Positions 21,781-30,822 of a DNA stretch of 64,000 bases are shown one piece after another. This stretch comes from Epithemia pelagica (taxonomy: Eukaryota; Protista; Bacillariophyta): NCBI GenBank assembly GCA_946965045.2, contig OX337234.1, positions 3,534,001-3,598,000 of the forward strand, given 5' to 3'. Both the position numbers and the translations under genes were made by a program. Under the pieces are notes generated by a model that made no database searches, was not told the origin of the DNA, and saw only the letters and a program-made list of their open reading frames with translations. Each line of letters starts with the position of its first letter. Position 1 is the first letter of the stretch.

Positions 21781-24700
21781 TCACCAACCTTGATTCAGTT
21801 TCCGAATCCTCTCAAAAACATCACGGCAGAGTCCTTTGGTAAGATAGTCCGCTCGTTGCATCGTTGTTTCGATCTTGGAGATTCTAACTGTTGCGTTCGT
21901 CCCTTTCACAGCTTCCCAGAACCAGTGGTATTTGTTGTTGAGGGATCTGGAACGGGACGAGAGGCGCTGGTTGTTGGCAAGAAGATACGCGCTGTTGTTG
22001 TCCTCATGGACTTCAGCAAAGATGGTTGGGGAGTCGGTGCCGAGGTCAAGGTGGTGGTTAATCTCGAACAAGATGTCTTGGAGCCACACAACAACACGCA
22101 TGCTTTGCGAAAGCGCGACGTATTCGGCGTGGAAGGTACTGGTGGCAATCTCACTTTGGAGCTGAGATTTCCAGACCAAGGGACAACCGCCAAAATGGAT
22201 GATGTATCCAGTGCGTGATTTGGCACTGATCGGTTCGTCCTCGGATTCACGGCCATGGAGGCCCATGAAATCCGCATCCACATAGCAATCAACCTTGAAG
22301 GCGGTTGTTGGCCGAAAAATTGTCCCGCAATCTACAGTTCTCCAGAGGTATCGGACAATCATTTTGATGGCTTGGGCGTGGGATTGTTTCGGGTTGGTTG
22401 AAAAGCGAGCGACTTGGGAGACGGCAAAACTGATATCTGGCCGTGTATTGGTGGAAAGGTAAAGGAGCATGCCGACGATGGAACGGTAGTTCCATTTTTC
22501 TTTCATCGGTGGTCCATCAGGGTCACTGCCAAGGCACACTTGGGAGGCTGGCACAAAGTTGCCATTGCAATTTGTCATGCCTGTGGCCTCAACGATCTTC
22601 TTAATGAGCCCTGGTTGGGTCATTGTAATTGTTCCATTTTTCCGAGTGAAATGGATGCCCAAGTACTCAGCAAAATCACTGTCCACGGAGAGCTCGAATC
22701 CTCGAGCCTTGAGTCGTTTCACAAATTCGTTGATTGCGTCCATCGTTGGAGCAATAATACCACAATCATCCACCCAGAGAAACACCATCATGTTTTCCTT
22801 GAGGAAGACACATTCGTCGAATTTGCTCTGGGTGAAGCCATCGTCGAGCAAGGCTTGTCGGAGACGTTGGTACCACAACCGAGGTGCAACCGAGAGTCCA
22901 TAAAGGCTCTTGTGGAGTCGGAGACAGGTTTTGGTGGTCTTGGTGGAGGAGAAACCGCGCGGAATATGGATCCAAACAGGATCTTTCAACTCGGCCTGAA
23001 CGAAGGCATTGTTGAAATCGATGCAGACCATTGCCCAATTGCGAGCCAGGGCAAGTACCAGGGCGATACGAATCGAGGCCCAGTTGACAACGGGTGAGTA
23101 GGTGTCGAAATCACCTTCTTGAAGATCGCCGCGGACACAATATCTGGCCTTGTATTTCTTGATGGTTCCGTCTGGGTGGCGCTTGCGCTTGAAGACCCAG
23201 GTGCCAGGGATGATTCTTGATGTTGCTTCTTCCTCTGGAACCTCAGTCCATGTACCCTTGTTAGTTAGTTCTTCAATTTCTACTCTAGCCGCTTCTCTCC
23301 AATGGTCAATATCCTTGTCTTGTCTTGCTTGTTCGTAGGATAGAGTGTCTGGATCTGAAATGGCAACCTTGAATCCACTGATGTCATCGAATTCGGCTTG
23401 ATTGGCGACATAGGATTGTTGGGCGGCGTCCATGTTCTCGATGAGACGACTTGGTGAACGACGGACACGGTTGGATCGTCGAGCAGATGGTGCGTCGGAA
23501 GGAGGATTGCTTGGTGGCTCCCTCTGAGAGGGCGGCTCCCTCTGAGAGGAGGGCTGTCTCGAGGAGAGAGACTCCCTCTGAGGAGAAGAGGGATTGGAGG
23601 CTGGTGCCATGCGGAGAGGCGACAGTGGTGCTGGATTCTCCCTCTGTTCCGAGTGCACGGGGACAGGAGACGACCGGGAAGGCAAAACGAGCGGTTCCGA
23701 GAAGGAAACAGCAGGTTGGGGCCGTGGAGGTGTCGCCGCGCGCGGAGGGACATCGCGCACTGGCGTGTTCGGAGGTGGCACGGGAGGCGGAGAAGGGAGT
23801 GGGGCACTAACCGACGGGGCAAGACGAGACAAAGCAGTCGTGGAGGGCTGGGTGGTGGGAGTGGCTGGGGGAGTTCTGGGGACAGAGACGGCTGGCGTGT
23901 CAACAGAAAGAGGGACAGACGGAACAGTTCGTTCCATAGACGTAAAAATATTGTCTTCAGAACGATGGTTGACAGCAGCAAGTGGTGCACTGGTGACAGC
24001 GTCGTCCACACAGTCATCGTTGTCGTACCCCGGTGAGTGCAGATGATTGGTCATGTCGCCAAAGACACTGTCAAGTCTGGAGATGTCTTCTGTGTTGTTG
24101 TGGTCGGTTGGAGTCGGCACCGTTGCAAACCAATCGTCGAAAACGACATGGTACTGCGGTGTGATGGCGCCCGTGGAAAGATTCAAAACGAGTGGTGCTG
24201 TGGTGGCATGGTTGGGAGAAAGTCCCATGTTCATCCCTCGTTGTGATCTCGGTTGCCATCTTGGCAGTTTCTTACCGTCTGCAATCCGTTTTTCCAGGAC
24301 GTACACGGGTGCTCCCCAGACATGAAGATCGTGTAGCCGTTTTTGTGGCCATCTCGTTCTTGAAAAGATATCGTGGGGTGAGACGCCAGTGGACGGATTG
24401 GGAACGTGGTTGAAGACAAAGACGGCGTGGGAGACCGCCATGGGCCAGAGGGTGGGATCCGCTGTCTCAGGCCAGTGGATGCTGGCGTGGAGCATCATCG
24501 TCCGAGCCATCGACATGATGGTTTGGATGGCTCGTTCGGCGACGCCATTCTGGTGATGGGCGCCTACTCCAGCGTAGGACCGAATCTGGGCAAAGGTTTC
24601 GAGTTGCCTGGTGTAGTCTTGTGCAGTGAAACAGCTGCCGTTGTCAGTGTGGTATCGTTGGGGAACGACACCCACATCCTTGCAACGTTGCTCGAAGGTG

Positions 24701-27700
24701 AGTTTGGCATTCAAAGTCTCGTGAGTGTTGAGATGCGCCTGAAAGACCACATCGATGTGGCCGCTGGCGTGATCAACAAAGATGCATCCTCCGCAAAACA
24801 TTTTCTCATCTTTTGTCTTTCCTTTCGACGTAAACAATCTACCTTTCGTGGAGCAAATAAAGTGGTCCACCGACACACTTTGGCCCGGAAACAGGTCGTT
24901 GTTTTTGAGGGCACCGTCACGGTCGAGAACTTTGGTGACTGTTTGTCCTGGTGTTGACTGTTGTCGTTGCTTGCCGTATTGACAGGCGGCACACATGGGC
25001 GGACTCCGTAGTTTGCAGATGGCTGTGTGTAACTGACGGTTTGACGCAGAACGTGACAATACACCGGATTTAAAAAGGAATTGGATGGTGCGAAAGTTCA
25101 TGTGGCAAAGTCGTTGGTGCCACCGAAGCCATTCCTTCTGTGGTTCAGTCAAGTTCAAGTTTCGTTCGTGGACGACGGTGATAGTGGTCACGAGTGCTCG
25201 GATGGATCGGTGGATTCCATCTTTTCCATAGCCATAGCAGGTGGGAAGGTTGTTGGTCGGATTGATGGTTGCAAAGACCGGGGTCCGAGTAGAGTCGTCT
25301 TGTATCCCGCTGAGAGTCAATCCGCAGTCTTGAAGGGTGATGGTTTCTCCGGGGTATTGTTGGAGGAGATGTGTTGTGCTCAACAATCTACAATTGGCTG
25401 ATGGGATGAACAAGGCCAAGAGTTTGAGGGTGCGGAGATTGCCTCTGGTGTCCATGACGGACCAGTGGACGGTGCCGAGTCCGTTGATTGGGACGCCTTG
25501 GGCAACACCTTTGAGTTGCAGGTCTGGTCGTACTTTTCGGATCGATCCAACAAAATCGGACTTGGTGTTTGACACAGCAATACTCGCTCCAGAGTCCCAG
25601 ATGATGGGGAAACTGGATGAGTTTTGGTTTTCCATGGCGGATCTGAATTTGGCTGGAGCTTGGAGGGCCATTTTCAAGGCTTCACTTTCTCCGAGTTGGT
25701 TAATGAGGGCGCAAAGTTGAGGTTCGGAGATGGAGTCTTGGTGGGATGGTCCATGGGTGTGCTGCTGGTTGCCTCGTCGTTGGCGTTGTCGGTGTCGATT
25801 GGAACGGTTTGGATGGCGTGCCCTCTGTGGAGCACCATTGTTTGGTGGACTCTCTCCCTCTGGTGTGGAGCAGAGGTTGGGGCAGTGGTGGATCCACCAT
25901 GTACGAAACGACGCAACAAACCATTCGGCCAGAGAAGAGCATGCACGCGATGAAGCATGGCTCATCATTGGGTGTGCCCAAGGGTGCCGGCGAGGACGGA
26001 GATGGTGTTTGGAGCGGGGAAGGAGCCGATGTGTGAAGAGAAATTCACCAATCCACGAGAGGGTCAAGGGGATACAGCAGCCATAGTACCACAGATGGTG
26101 GAAAAAGACGGTTGGTTGGAGCCATGAAAGGGAAGCCACGATAAGAGCAGAAAACGAAACAATCAAACTGAATTGGGAGGCCAAGGGATCTTGGTGCCGA
26201 TTCCGAGGATATCGTGGTCGGGAGACAGGGGGACGCCTCGACGGTGGGTGTTTGTTTGGTTGGTTGGTTGGTTGAACACATGCTAAGTTGGCATGAGGTT
26301 CGAACTTAAGTCGTTTGCTCGGGGGTGGATCGGGGATGCACGTGTTTTCACACTGCATTTGGGTGGCCGTGTAGTGGGGATTGGTGGCCATTTCCCAAGC
26401 GAAGGTGTACTGGATGCTCAAAGGAGGATCGAGGGCTCCGAGCCTGGAGTTGGGGACGGATTCATCATGGCGGAGAGTCTCGAGATGGAAGCGGACACTT
26501 GTTCGGGCTTGTTCGAGTTGGTCGCGGAGAGGAGAGAGCTGGGAAAGGTCTTCTTCCTTGTTGATGGCCGTGTGCACGTGGATGAGTCGGGCGACGGCTC
26601 GTTCCATGCATTGGATGCGGACTGCGGGATCGTCGGTGTCGAAGGTGCGACGGGGACGGGTCGTGTGAGACGGAGGTGAAGATGGCACAGCAGTTGGCTC
26701 GACCGGCGAGTAAAGACCAAGGGCATTCGTGCGAGGGGTGGTGGGCTCGGCTGGCGCTGCAACAGCTGTTCGCCACGCGTCAAGATGGCGGTTGAACGGA
26801 GTTGGAGGGCGGGCCGGTGGTGCACGTAGGGGGGTTCGGTCTTGGGGAGTACTGATGTTAGCAGAGTCGGTGGTCACACTAATACTACTTATAACAGATA
26901 CAGTAGATGAATCCAAATTTTCGGCTGGTGTAGAACCAGTGGCTTCGTCGGTGTCAGAAGCCAAAAGATCGTAGGATGAGTCGTCGTCATTCGAAGGTGG
27001 ATTCGAAGATTCGGTTGGTTCCCCACTGTTGTTGCGGGTAACAGCAGCATCAGATGGAGTATCGGTGGTGGTCTGGGAGGTTGGTGCACCATTGGAGTCA
27101 GCATCACGATCGGCATCGTAGTTTGGGTTGTGGTCGTCGTCGGGAGGAGGACCTTGGGAGTCGTCATCGTCGATGGTGTCGTCGTCATCTTCATCATTTC
27201 CATCGTCGGCGTCGTTGCCATCAACATCGTCGTCATCTCCATCGACGGTGTTGTCATCAGCCGGAGGAGGGGAGATGATCATGGCCGAGGGAGAGGGGAC
27301 GGGCAACGACACTTCGGTGGCGGTCGTGACGGCGGTTTCGTTGGCCGTAGTGGCCGTGGTGGAGCTGACACCGCTGTCGACGGTGTGTTCGTCGAAGGGG
27401 GAGGAGGTATCATCATGATGGTGGTCAGGGGGGACGACGTCTTCGGGGTCAATTGGAGCGATGTCTTCCCCTAGGAATGGAAAGTTGATGCATTCCAGGG
27501 GAAGACTGCCATAGTCGAAGTCTAAAGTCATGGCCGAGGGATGGCCGAAGGGACGACTAAAGGGAACGAAGGGGCGGTTGTACGACGCGGTGGGGTGCGG
27601 TGTAGAGGGGATGTGACGGAAGGCAGCTTCGAAATTGGCTTCGCGTCGGTGATCGGTCGACGTGGGGGTATGGTCCACGCGAGTGGGGACGGAGGTGACG

Positions 27701-29871
27701 GATGAATCGTTGGTGGTGTTGGCTTGGTGGGTACGACGGGGAGAACGGCCATGAGGAGCAGTGGACAGGGACAAAGTGGACATGTCGATGTCCAGGGCGT
27801 CAATGTTGCCTGGAGTTGGAGGTAGGAGGATGCTACGTGTGGAGGAGGCAACAGAGGTTTGTTCATGGTGTTCGTTGTCGTTCTTGTCTGCATCATTGGC
27901 GAAGGGTTTGCCATCGTCACTGGAGTCATCAACAAGACCAAAGTAACAATCAACGGTGTCGGAGCCAGCACCAAAACAATCATCAGCAGCAATCCACAGG
28001 GGAGCGTCTTCACTTGGGGATGAGTTGGTGCTTGGAGGTTTGGAGGATGAGGAAAGGGAGACGGCGTCATCATCATCTTCTTTGTCGGTGGGGGAAAACT
28101 CATCCCAGAAGGAGTCAGGGATGGAGTTGGAGGAGTTTTCGTCGTTTGCGGAAGGAGGAGACGCGTTCTCGTTTTCGGTTTCGTCTTGGTCGCTGCAAGC
28201 GACGCAAACGAGCTCGTCCATGTCGATGACCGCAGCCCAGGCGGAGGGGTCAAAGTCGACGGCCAGGGTGTGGGCTTGGGCTTGGCGGTTGTTTCGATTG
28301 TTGTTGTTGTTGCGGCGCTTGGTGGGAACGGGGCCATTGTGGGTGTCGGTGGTGTGGGTGGGCGTCCAGCGTTCGCAGATACCACACCAGTTGTATGTTT
28401 TGCCATCGCTCTGTTTCTGGGTTGGTTGGTCACCGGTGGGTGCGATTTTCTTCCAGTTCGTGGATGAGGAGCTGTTGTTGCTGCGGTTGTTGTTGTTGCG
28501 AGCATTTCGTCCGCCTTGGTTGCCTCTTCCATCACGGCCGCCACGGTTGGATCGTTGCTGGGAGTTGGATTGGGAGTTGGAGCGACGGTTGGAGTTTTGC
28601 CCGGAGTTCTGCTTGGAGGAACGCTGGGGGCAATCTTTGGCCCAGTGATCTTGGGCGCCACAAATCAGACAGGCTCCTTTTGTGAAAGCACCACCCATGT
28701 GTTGCCGAAGGGCCATTGCTTGAACTTCAGTGAGTTTGCCGAAGACTTCGGGAGGAACCTTTGTATCTTTGTTGTTGCTCGACGGTGGCCAGGAGCCACG
28801 GTTGATTGCATCAGAGTACAAGGAGTCGGCCTTGTCGCAGATGTCTTTGAATGACAATTCGGCGGCTTCGAGATCGGCTTGTTGGTCCTGGTCCGATTTG
28901 TAACGGACTTCAAGAATCTTGGCTTGGATGAGCGGTTGGAGACTCAACAATCCAAGGTTGTAGAGGCTGTCTCCATTCGCAAGAGAGAACGCTTCTAAGA
29001 TGCCAAGGGTCAAGGTTTGTTTGTAAAATCCGGAGGCAAACAAGTCTTCGCAATCTGCTTTCATGTCGGCCGCCATTTCCGTGATGTTTTGGCCGGCGTA
29101 CATGAATGGGGTCCGGGAGGCGATCTTGGCGGCAAGTTTGTCATACTTGGTGACTGAATCAGACTGAAGAATGCTGATGAAAGTCATCCAGGTAAGGCAG
29201 AACGAGTCGTTGGAAGAGGTCTTGGTTTCAATTCGCTGGCGGAGCTTGAGGTCGACGGATTCCAGAAGGCACAGACGAGCGGCCGTGTCGTTTTCGGCGT
29301 CATATGTGTCAAACTGTTGGCAATGGGCCGCGGCGTTCTGTTGGACATGGCGCAGGGTGAAGCGAGTGTGCTCCTTCACAATATGGCGCATGCGGGTGTT
29401 GTCAGCGGGGTCGAGCATGTAGGCAATGGTGTCCATGCCGCGGAGAATGAGTGTCTCGTCGAGACGCTTCATGAACTTGTGGAGGTTGTCTCCTTGGCGG
29501 AAACGATTCGACAATCCACCACAGCGGGTTTCGAAACCCGTGATGTCCTTCCCGAAACGACGTTGGTGAGGGGTGCGGGGAAAGGGGGTGGTTCCATTGA
29601 ATGCGGCTGGATCCAGGCCTTTCCAATTCGCTAGGGGCTTGCCACCAGTCCAGGCAGCCCATTTATACTCATCGAGTTGGACTAAACCACCCATTCGAGG
29701 GCTTGGAGGCTTGAACGGGACGCGTTCGGTTGGTGCAGGGGCTGGAGGAGCAGTGGGAGGCATGGTTCCTTGGGTGGAGGAGTCGTCGGCACTTGGCTCA
29801 GCGGATGGATCGCTGGTGGTTTCTTCTTCACTGTCCGAGAGGAATTGGATTTCCTCTTCGATGGGGAGCAA
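21781..29871 (-). CDS. Copia gag-pol polyprotein (~2660-2696 aa)
   Basis: Zn knuckle CLICGAQDHWAKDC; protease WDSGAS; pre-integrase WHQRLCH...CAACQYGK; integrase VSVDHF / TDNG / QNGVAERAIQT; RT WVFKRK...KYKARYCVRGD, LYGL, LWVDD; RNase H YVDADF, SRTG, EYVALS, EDN, ADYLTK. No stops. The listed start is TTG; the first ATG is at 29763. Confidence 0.96.
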   Translation of the reverse strand: MLPIEEEIQFLSDSEEETTSDPSAEPSADDSSTQGTMPPTAPPAPAPTERVPFKPPSPRMGGLVQLDEYKWAAWTGGKPLANWKGLDPAAFNGTTPFPRTPHQRRFGKDITGFETRCGGLSNRFRQGDNLHKFMKRLDETLILRGMDTIAYMLDPADNTRMRHIVKEHTRFTLRHVQQNAAAHCQQFDTYDAENDTAARLCLLESVDLKLRQRIETKTSSNDSFCLTWMTFISILQSDSVTKYDKLAAKIASRTPFMYAGQNITEMAADMKADCEDLFASGFYKQTLTLGILEAFSLANGDSLYNLGLLSLQPLIQAKILEVRYKSDQDQQADLEAAELSFKDICDKADSLYSDAINRGSWPPSSNNKDTKVPPEVFGKLTEVQAMALRQHMGGAFTKGACLICGAQDHWAKDCPQRSSKQNSGQNSNRRSNSQSNSQQRSNRGGRDGRGNQGGRNARNNNNRSNNSSSSTNWKKIAPTGDQPTQKQSDGKTYNWCGICERWTPTHTTDTHNGPVPTKRRNNNNNRNNRQAQAHTLAVDFDPSAWAAVIDMDELVCVACSDQDETENENASPPSANDENSSNSIPDSFWDEFSPTDKEDDDDAVSLSSSSKPPSTNSSPSEDAPLWIAADDCFGAGSDTVDCYFGLVDDSSDDGKPFANDADKNDNEHHEQTSVASSTRSILLPPTPGNIDALDIDMSTLSLSTAPHGRSPRRTHQANTTNDSSVTSVPTRVDHTPTSTDHRREANFEAAFRHIPSTPHPTASYNRPFVPFSRPFGHPSAMTLDFDYGSLPLECINFPFLGEDIAPIDPEDVVPPDHHHDDTSSPFDEHTVDSGVSSTTATTANETAVTTATEVSLPVPSPSAMIISPPPADDNTVDGDDDDVDGNDADDGNDEDDDDTIDDDDSQGPPPDDDHNPNYDADRDADSNGAPTSQTTTDTPSDAAVTRNNSGEPTESSNPPSNDDDSSYDLLASDTDEATGSTPAENLDSSTVSVISSISVTTDSANISTPQDRTPLRAPPARPPTPFNRHLDAWRTAVAAPAEPTTPRTNALGLYSPVEPTAVPSSPPSHTTRPRRTFDTDDPAVRIQCMERAVARLIHVHTAINKEEDLSQLSPLRDQLEQARTSVRFHLETLRHDESVPNSRLGALDPPLSIQYTFAWEMATNPHYTATQMQCENTCIPDPPPSKRLKFEPHANLACVQPTNQPNKHPPSRRPPVSRPRYPRNRHQDPLASQFSLIVSFSALIVASLSWLQPTVFFHHLWYYGCCIPLTLSWIGEFLFTHRLLPRSKHHLRPRRHPWAHPMMSHASSRACSSLAEWFVASFRTWWIHHCPNLCSTPEGESPPNNGAPQRARHPNRSNRHRQRQRRGNQQHTHGPSHQDSISEPQLCALINQLGESEALKMALQAPAKFRSAMENQNSSSFPIIWDSGASIAVSNTKSDFVGSIRKVRPDLQLKGVAQGVPINGLGTVHWSVMDTRGNLRTLKLLALFIPSANCRLLSTTHLLQQYPGETITLQDCGLTLSGIQDDSTRTPVFATINPTNNLPTCYGYGKDGIHRSIRALVTTITVVHERNLNLTEPQKEWLRWHQRLCHMNFRTIQFLFKSGVLSRSASNRQLHTAICKLRSPPMCAACQYGKQRQQSTPGQTVTKVLDRDGALKNNDLFPGQSVSVDHFICSTKGRLFTSKGKTKDEKMFCGGCIFVDHASGHIDVVFQAHLNTHETLNAKLTFEQRCKDVGVVPQRYHTDNGSCFTAQDYTRQLETFAQIRSYAGVGAHHQNGVAERAIQTIMSMARTMMLHASIHWPETADPTLWPMAVSHAVFVFNHVPNPSTGVSPHDIFSRTRWPQKRLHDLHVWGAPVYVLEKRIADGKKLPRWQPRSQRGMNMGLSPNHATTAPLVLNLSTGAITPQYHVVFDDWFATVPTPTDHNNTEDISRLDSVFGDMTNHLHSPGYDNDDCVDDAVTSAPLAAVNHRSEDNIFTSMERTVPSVPLSVDTPAVSVPRTPPATPTTQPSTTALSRLAPSVSAPLPSPPPVPPPNTPVRDVPPRAATPPRPQPAVSFSEPLVLPSRSSPVPVHSEQRENPAPLSPLRMAPASNPSSPQRESLSSRQPSSQREPPSQREPPSNPPSDAPSARRSNRVRRSPSRLIENMDAAQQSYVANQAEFDDISGFKVAISDPDTLSYEQARQDKDIDHWREAARVEIEELTNKGTWTEVPEEEATSRIIPGTWVFKRKRHPDGTIKKYKARYCVRGDLQEGDFDTYSPVVNWASIRIALVLALARNWAMVCIDFNNAFVQAELKDPVWIHIPRGFSSTKTTKTCLRLHKSLYGLSVAPRLWYQRLRQALLDDGFTQSKFDECVFLKENMMVFLWVDDCGIIAPTMDAINEFVKRLKARGFELSVDSDFAEYLGIHFTRKNGTITMTQPGLIKKIVEATGMTNCNGNFVPASQVCLGSDPDGPPMKEKWNYRSIVGMLLYLSTNTRPDISFAVSQVARFSTNPKQSHAQAIKMIVRYLWRTVDCGTIFRPTTAFKVDCYVDADFMGLHGRESEDEPISAKSRTGYIIHFGGCPLVWKSQLQSEIATSTFHAEYVALSQSMRVVVWLQDILFEINHHLDLGTDSPTIFAEVHEDNNSAYLLANNQRLSSRSRSLNNKYHWFWEAVKGTNATVRISKIETTMQRADYLTKGLCRDVFERIRKLNQGW

Positions 29872-30032
29872 GGTGAAGCTTCCTAGGGAACGGGGAGAGT
29901 CGTCTTCACGTGGGGAGGACGACAGCTTGCAAGGGAGGGGGCGGCCGGAGGGGAGATTCAGGCGGCGAGAGGGTTCGAACGGATAAGCAAGAGCTTAGAG
30001 GCAAAGGATGCGTGAGCGGGTAAGGCAGTAAA

Positions 30033-30045
30033 GGGCGTAATAACC
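30033..30045 (-). other. Putative primer-binding site (atypical)
   Basis: GGTTATTACGCCC abuts the 5' LTR; shares GGTTAT..GCCC with the half-tRNA-iMet type PBS of Drosophila copia. Confidence 0.5.
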
Positions 30046-30424
30046 AGTCAAAGTACACAGGATACTCTGTAGTAGCTAGGGGTAGTACCTATATTGGCGT
30101 GGAGGTGATCAAGTCTCCACGACAATACACTAGAGAAGTTGTTTCACAACTTTCTGTTTGTTGATACTATAAGCTCTAGGTTTAGGAACTACATTCGATT
30201 CCTCATTTGATTCCTCACGAGGAATCAATTCCTCATTTACTCATGGAGGTTAGTTTGGAACCATTGATGCCAATGGCTAGAGCTTGGTTACTATGCGACG
30301 GGCAATGCCTTCTCTGGTAGTAAGGCATTGCTCTTGGATACATAGTGGGGACACGATTCTATGTCTCACAGATTCGAATCGTGACTGCCATATCGCCTGT
30401 CCGTCACACTGATTAACCGCGACT
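30046..30424 (-). repeat. 5' LTR (379 bp)
   Basis: Identical to 21361-21739 except G30186 vs C21501. Confidence 0.95.
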
Positions 30425-30822
30425 CCTACCCGGGAACTTGGTGCGGTTGCGCCTATGTCGAACAGTCACGAAGTTGTTTCCACTTGGATGCTGATGAAAC
30501 TGATAATTGTCCCGGTATTCACGATTAATTATGAAGTTTCATAAGCGCTCTACCAACTCATTGACAGAAGGCTTTCGAGTAACGCCAATGCCGACCATTC
30601 TACAGTGGTCCTTGGTCTGATAAAAAACCGCTCCGCTAAACAAGTCCATTCTTGGTACAAGAGCACCAAAGAAAATAAAAACAAAGTACTAAAAAAGATT
30701 TACATGCCACGAAACTACCCTAGTAGCAACCTCTCAAAAGAGTGTCTTTTACAATACAGGCCAGCCGTTTTCTCCAATGTAGAAGAGAAAAGTTCCACAT
30801 TCAATGGTGTATCGTATACTGT

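Larger units (their letters stand above)
21361..30424 (-). mobile_element. Full-length Ty1/copia (CoDi-like) LTR retrotransposon, 9064 bp
   Basis: Two 379-bp LTRs differing at 1 position; 5-bp TSD CCTAC (21356-21360, 30425-30429); PPT next to the 3' LTR; single polyprotein in gag-PR-INT-RT-RH (copia) order. Confidence 0.97.
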
